Virus record (IMG/VR): IMGVR_UViG_3300045988_053272
DNA length: 55,242 nt
DNA from: a virus
Reading direction: 5' to 3' (one strand)
Numbering within the stretch: the first letter of the stretch is position 1; each line of letters begins with the position of its first letter. This document shows, piece by piece, positions 51,164 through 55,242 of the stretch. The notes below the pieces were generated by a model. The model was given only the letters and a program-made list of their open reading frames with translations. It was not told the origin of the DNA and did not search any database. The position numbers and the translations under genes are program-made.

Positions 51164-52261
51164 ATGCCGAAACGAGTCGGCTATCTCTACGACAAGATGG
51201 TTGACCGGGACTTTATCCGCAGCGTCATACAGGAGGCGGCTAAGGGGCGTCGGAACAGGCGAGACATCGCCCGCGTACTGGCGGACCTTGACGGATACGT
51301 CGAAAAGACCTACGAGCTTGTTGCAACGGAGAGCTTTGTGCCATCCGCGCCGAAAGTGCGTGAGATCTATGACGAGAGCAGCGAGAAGTACCGGAAGATC
51401 AAAATGGTCCCGTTCTGGCCGGACGGCGTGATTCAGTGGATGCTGGTGACGGCCATGAAACCGGTACTCATGCGCGGAATGCACCCGTGGTCCTGCGCGT
51501 CCATCCCTGGGCGCGGTGGGAAGCGAATTCACAAGAAGATCCGTGGCGCGCTCCGCAATGATCCGAAAGGGACGAAGTACGCCGCCGAGCTGGACGTCGC
51601 ACAGTATTACCCCAGCATCTCCGGCAAGCGGCTGATCTGGGCGCTGGCGCGGAAGATCAAGGACAAGCGCTTTCTGCGGACGGTCTATTCCATCATCGAA
51701 TCCTGCGGCGGCGGGCTGGCTATCGGGTATTACATCTGCCAATGGCTGGCAAACTTCTACCTGGAGTCTCTGGACCAGTACATCATGACGCTGCCGGGCG
51801 TGAAGTATATGACCCGCTACATGGACAACATCACCCTACTCGGGCCGAATAAGAAGCATCTGCACAAGGCGCGGAAGCTGATCGCCGCATTCATGCAGCA
51901 GCGGCTCGGCCTGTCCATGAAAGCGAACTGGCAGATCTATCCCACGGCAAAGCGCATGGTGAGCGCGGTCGGCTACCGCTTTTCCCGCACTCATGTCATT
52001 CTGCGCAAGCGGAATTTCCTGCGCTTCACCCGGCAATGCCGCCGCGTCAAGAAACGGCTTGACGCCGGGAAGCCTATCATGTTCGCCCAGGCCTCCGGGC
52101 TACTGAGCCGCGCCGGGCAACTGAAACACTGCAATAGTCATACAATTCGGGTGAAGTACATTGACCCGATTGGAGTAAAACACCTGAAGGAGGTCGTGCG
52201 AAATGAGAGTAAGAGGCGACAACGCGCCCAGCAACGCATTCTCGCTGGAGGAGCAGCCTAA
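51164..52261 (+). CDS. DGR-type reverse transcriptase (365 aa)
   Basis: RT motifs including AELDVAQYYPSI, LAIGYYICQWLANFYL (the IGxxxSQ position) and RYMDNITLLG (the YxDD position, here YMDN). Adjacent to the TR. Confidence 0.85.
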   Translation: MPKRVGYLYDKMVDRDFIRSVIQEAAKGRRNRRDIARVLADLDGYVEKTYELVATESFVPSAPKVREIYDESSEKYRKIKMVPFWPDGVIQWMLVTAMKPVLMRGMHPWSCASIPGRGGKRIHKKIRGALRNDPKGTKYAAELDVAQYYPSISGKRLIWALARKIKDKRFLRTVYSIIESCGGGLAIGYYICQWLANFYLESLDQYIMTLPGVKYMTRYMDNITLLGPNKKHLHKARKLIAAFMQQRLGLSMKANWQIYPTAKRMVSAVGYRFSRTHVILRKRNFLRFTRQCRRVKKRLDAGKPIMFAQASGLLSRAGQLKHCNSHTIRVKYIDPIGVKHLKEVVRNESKRRQRAQQRILAGGAA

Positions 52262-52625
52262 TAAGCCGGGGGTAGCCCTGGTACGCTTCTATGAGAACGC
52301 CAAGCCGTTTGAGGAAAAGCGTGACGAGCTGACCATCAGCGGGTGGGTGTATGATGAATATCACTTGGAGCTGAATATGTACGACGGCCTGAGTGAAGAC
52401 ATCCTCGGCAACTATGCCGGTTATCTTGCACAAGCCAAGCTGCATGAGGCAGAGGGCAAGACGATCCCCTCCCTGCAGCAGCAGGTAGCCGACCTGGAGA
52501 CCGACAAGGCGGCATTGACGGAAAAGGTGACGAGCCTTGAGGGGCAGGTCACCGATACGCAGATGGCGCTATGCGATGTCTACGAACAGATCGTCGCCGT
52601 GACATCTACAACAGGAGGCGCGTAA
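52203..52625 (+). CDS. Hypothetical coiled-coil protein (140 aa)
   Basis: ORF in track. Overlaps the RT 3' end by 59 nt, so the start is uncertain. Confidence 0.5.
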   Translation: MRVRGDNAPSNAFSLEEQPNKPGVALVRFYENAKPFEEKRDELTISGWVYDEYHLELNMYDGLSEDILGNYAGYLAQAKLHEAEGKTIPSLQQQVADLETDKAALTEKVTSLEGQVTDTQMALCDVYEQIVAVTSTTGGA

Positions 52626-52628
52626 CTG

Positions 52629-52769
52629 ATGGCGAGCAATTACATGGTGAAGGTCTACGCAGACCTGATCCGCAAAGGAAAAAAGACGATTGAGGAAGTT
52701 CCCGACCAGCTGCGAGCAGCCGTCCGGGAAATCCTCGAAAATAGCAAGAATGGAGCTGAGGGCTTATGA
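52629..52769 (+). CDS. Small protein, paralogue A (46 aa)
   Basis: Hand-translated ORF MASNYMVKVYADLIRKGKKTIEEVPDQLRAAVREILENSKNGAEGL. Confidence 0.55.
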   Translation: MASNYMVKVYADLIRKGKKTIEEVPDQLRAAVREILENSKNGAEGL

Positions 52770-52822
52770 AAAGCCTTCGGCTCCTTCTTTTATACATTCT
52801 GATGGGAAAGGAGGTAGCAGTT

Positions 52823-52939
52823 ATGGCAGTTGTCTACGCGACCCTGATCGTCAAGGGCAAGAAGACCATCGACCAGGTTCCGAGCCTGATTCGGAAGCAG
52901 GTCGAGGAGATCCTGGCAGATCTCGAAGTCACCGTCTGA
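52823..52939 (+). CDS. Small protein, paralogue B (38 aa)
   Basis: Hand-translated ORF MAVVYATLIVKGKKTIDQVPSLIRKQVEEILADLEVTV. GGAAAGGAGG RBS. A terminator-like hairpin follows at 52960-52983. Confidence 0.55.
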   Translation: MAVVYATLIVKGKKTIDQVPSLIRKQVEEILADLEVTV

Positions 52940-53012
52940 CCACGGCATTGATACGGAGGGCAGCTCCTTTGCGGGGCTGCCCTTCTTATCACGCGCAGAG
53001 GAGGATTGAGAG

Positions 53013-53438
53013 ATGACGCTCAAGGATATTTTGTTTGGTGGGGGAAGTGCGCTGTTTATGCTGCTGACGCTGCTCCAGCTCGCCCCCATCAAAATCAATC
53101 CGTGGTCCGCAATAGCAAAGGCTTTCGGGCGCGCTATCAACAGCGAGGTCTTGGAGAAGGTCGGAAAGCTCGAAAGCGAGCTGCAGTGCGTTCGGTCTGG
53201 CATGGCCGAGGAAAAGGCCGTCAACTGCCGGGCGCGCATTCTACGCTTCGGCGATGAATGTCTCCACGGCGAGCGCCACACCAAAGATCATTTCGACCAA
53301 ACGCTCCGGGACATCGCCGCCTACGAACGATACTGCGAGGATCACCCGGAGTTTGAAAACAATGTAACAGAGCTGACCAGTGACCGGATCAAGACGATCT
53401 ATCGCCGGTGCTTGGACAGCAACGACTTTTTGCAGTAA
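53013..53438 (+). CDS. Membrane-anchored hypothetical protein of the lysis region (141 aa)
   Basis: N-terminal hydrophobic segment GGGSALFMLLTLLQLAP. Confidence 0.55.
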   Translation: MTLKDILFGGGSALFMLLTLLQLAPIKINPWSAIAKAFGRAINSEVLEKVGKLESELQCVRSGMAEEKAVNCRARILRFGDECLHGERHTKDHFDQTLRDIAAYERYCEDHPEFENNVTELTSDRIKTIYRRCLDSNDFLQ

Positions 53439-53450
53439 GGAGGACGCACA

Positions 53451-53861
53451 ATGAACGTGCTGGATATGACGATCATCCGCCTGGCCGCAGGGCTTGTGCT
53501 GCTGATCGCCGCGAACATTGCCCTCGGTTCCATCAATGCCATCATTGATGGGGAATGGGATCAGACGAAGTTCCGCAACGGCTGCATCAAGAGTGCAGTT
53601 GTGGCAGCGGCGCTGGTCGCGGTCTACTTCGCCGGGTACCTCAACCCCGATCTGATGGTAGTGGAGGTCGATGGGCAGACCGTAAACCTGATGACAGCGG
53701 TATCGCTGGCTATGCTGGCGGCCTTTACCGCCTATGCCGTTGATGTACTGAAAAAGCTGAAAGATATGCTCTCTACCGCGACACCCGGGGCGGACGCGGC
53801 GCCTACTGCGCTGCCTGCCGGTAAGAGCAAGGAAGACCATACCGCCCCCGAGGAGGAATGA
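53451..53861 (+). CDS. Holin (136 aa)
   Basis: Three hydrophobic segments and a charged C-terminus. Located immediately upstream of the endolysin gene. Confidence 0.7.
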   Translation: MNVLDMTIIRLAAGLVLLIAANIALGSINAIIDGEWDQTKFRNGCIKSAVVAAALVAVYFAGYLNPDLMVVEVDGQTVNLMTAVSLAMLAAFTAYAVDVLKKLKDMLSTATPGADAAPTALPAGKSKEDHTAPEEE

Positions 53862-53864
53862 CCT

Positions 53865-54650
53865 ATGAGCAATAGCCCTCTTGTCAGCTACACAAAGCTC
53901 AGCCCGAATCACTCCGGGCAGAGGACCCGTAAGATCGACCGCATTACGCCGCACTGCGTAGTGGGCCAGTGCAGCGTGGAGCGGCTGGGAGATATCTTCC
54001 TCCCTGCCTCCAGAGAGGCGAGCTGCAATTACGGAATCGGCGCAGACGGCCGCGTCGGTATGTATGTCGAGGAGAAAAACCGATCCTGGTGTTCCTCCAG
54101 CAACGCAAACGACCAGCGGGCGGTGACTATTGAATGTGCGTCCGATGGCGCAGAGCCGTACGCATTCCGCGATGTGGTCTATCAGTCCCTCATTACGCTT
54201 TGCGTCGACATCTGCAAACGCAACGGCAAGACCAAGCTGCTCTGGCTGGAGGATAAGGACAAGACGCTTGCCTACACCCCTGCACCGGACGAGATGGTGC
54301 TGACCGTACACCGCTGGTTTGCCAACAAAAGCTGCCCCGGGAACTGGATGTACGCCCGCATGGGCGACCTCGCCGAAAAGGTGACAGCCCAGCTTTCCGC
54401 AGGCATGGACGAGGAGGATGACGATATGGATATCAACAAATTCAAGGAGCTTTGGCGTGAGATGCGCAAGGAGCTTCAGGACAACGATGCTTCCGCCTAC
54501 TCGGAGGAAGCGCGCAAATGGGCCGTGGATAACGGCATCATTCGCGGCGGCAACTCCGATGAGTTCAATGGAATGTGGGAGGACATGATGACCCGCGAGC
54601 AGCTGGTGACCGTCCTCTACCGCTTCGCCCAGAAGTTTGGGCTGAGCTGA
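53865..54650 (+). CDS. N-acetylmuramoyl-L-alanine amidase endolysin (Amidase_2/PGRP type) with SLH-like C-terminal motif (261 aa)
   Basis: ITPHCVVGQ...NYGIGADGRV...RSWCSSSNANDQRAVTIECA...HRWFANKSCPG. C-terminal ARKWAVDNGIIRGG...MTREQLVTVLYRFA. Confidence 0.85.
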   Translation: MSNSPLVSYTKLSPNHSGQRTRKIDRITPHCVVGQCSVERLGDIFLPASREASCNYGIGADGRVGMYVEEKNRSWCSSSNANDQRAVTIECASDGAEPYAFRDVVYQSLITLCVDICKRNGKTKLLWLEDKDKTLAYTPAPDEMVLTVHRWFANKSCPGNWMYARMGDLAEKVTAQLSAGMDEEDDDMDINKFKELWREMRKELQDNDASAYSEEARKWAVDNGIIRGGNSDEFNGMWEDMMTREQLVTVLYRFAQKFGLS

Positions 54651-54982
54651 TGGCAAGGCGCAAGCGCAGAGCCGCGAAGAAGCGCAAGGCCGAATGGAGC
54701 AAGGTCGTGTGCCTGCTGGCGATGCTGGCCGGTCTGTTGATCGTTCAAGAATGTCTGTTCCTCATGTATCTGTGCATCAAAAGCGGCTATACCGCCGCCG
54801 CTGCATGGCTTACTGCCGCCACCGGCGTTGGTGAGGCGATCATCATCGCCGGAGCAAACGGCTACCTCTCGCTCGCGAAGTCCGACCACAAGCGTGGCGG
54901 AATCACCTTTGAGGCAGCCAAGGCAAACAACTTCCGGACCGACACGGAGGAAAATGGCAGCATCGACAGCCCCGCCATCTGA
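54650..54982 (+). CDS. Small membrane protein of the lysis cassette (110 aa)
   Basis: ORF 54575..54982 trimmed to ATG 54650 (ATGA overlap with the endolysin stop). Basic N-terminus followed by two hydrophobic segments. Confidence 0.55.
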   Translation: MARRKRRAAKKRKAEWSKVVCLLAMLAGLLIVQECLFLMYLCIKSGYTAAAAWLTAATGVGEAIIIAGANGYLSLAKSDHKRGGITFEAAKANNFRTDTEENGSIDSPAI

Positions 54983-54999
54983 ATACCGCCCACACAATG

Positions 55000-55050
55000 A
55001 AAGCCCCCTCGCAGGATTTTACCGTCCTGTCGAGGGGGCTTTTCTATTTT
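55000..55050 (+). terminator. Rho-independent terminator ending the rightward late operon
   Basis: AGCCCCCTCG ... CGAGGGGGCT 10-bp stem followed by TTTTCTATTTT. Confidence 0.8.
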
Positions 55051-55143
55051 CCGGCGCTTTCGCGTTTACGTGGCGCTGTGGCGCTTTTTGTGGCTTGGGT
55101 GTGCGTCTACCCTCCCACGATGCAAAGGGCGTGTTGCAACTCG

Positions 55144-55242
55144 CCTACGGCGGCGAGAGAGGTGCTTGCGCGTGGCCGCTGCGCTTTCCTTTCAAAAATC
55201 CCATGTGTCCCGTGCTGGAACAAACTCAATGATCGTTCCCTC
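55144..55242. repeat. Terminal direct repeat, right copy (99 bp)
   Basis: Identical to nt 1-99. It re-encodes the 3' end of the leftward gene 49..357. Confidence 0.95.

Larger units (their letters stand above)
1..55242. mobile_element. Complete temperate contractile-tailed phage genome, apparently a circularly closed contig
   Basis: All modules are present in one window: integrase, CI/Cro switch, replication, late regulator, terminase, head, contractile tail, DGR and lysis. The first 99 nt are identical to the last 99 nt. Confidence 0.9.

Overview
The window is a complete temperate tailed-phage genome. Its first 99 nt are identical to its last 99 nt, so it is probably a circularly closed contig. 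GC content is about 60%, and the host is probably a Firmicute of the Clostridia type; this is inferred from RecU, the SleB-like hydrolase, the FtsK-gamma domain and the PBSX-like tail genes.

Layout:
- 49-2315 (-): a cassette of small leftward genes expressed from a mirror-image divergent promoter.
- 2485-6566: two XRE regulators, a large serine integrase, a membrane-anchored SWIM-finger protein and a CI/Cro-type switch.
- 6599-22424 (+): a long rightward early/middle operon. It contains a Bro-N antirepressor, an AAA_24 ATPase, a PD-(D/E)XK nuclease, SSB, a replisome organiser, a G39P-like loader, RecU, a methylase-like protein, a Myb-repeat protein, ParB, a run of Cys-rich proteins and a sigma-r4-like late activator.
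- 22425-27080: a five-gene cargo operon.
- 27081-27656: a 576-bp non-coding region that probably holds cos.
- 27657-35107: a head module colinear with lambda (TerS, GpA-type TerL, gpW, portal, ClpP-type protease/scaffold, decoration protein, capsid protein E).
- 37373-50677: a P2/Mu/PBSX-type contractile tail and baseplate.
- 50527-52261: a diversity-generating retroelement (DGR) acting on the tail-fibre tip.
- 53013-54982: the lysis cassette.

Most interesting items:
1. The operon at 22655-27080 is translationally coupled. It encodes a sodium:solute-symporter-family permease followed by two consecutive PAPS-reductase-like / ParB-like pairs, and it has its own 230-nt leader. I interpret it as a candidate undescribed import-coupled nucleic-acid modification system.
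2. The tail-fibre DGR has 13 VR/TR mismatches, all at TR adenines. It has no recognisable avd gene, and its RT reads YMDN where YMDD is expected.
3. The structured intergenic region upstream of terS contains a cos-like G-rich tract and a complete promoter-plus-terminator unit for a roughly 60-nt antisense RNA.

All family assignments were made by eye from motifs and remembered family consensus. No database search was run.
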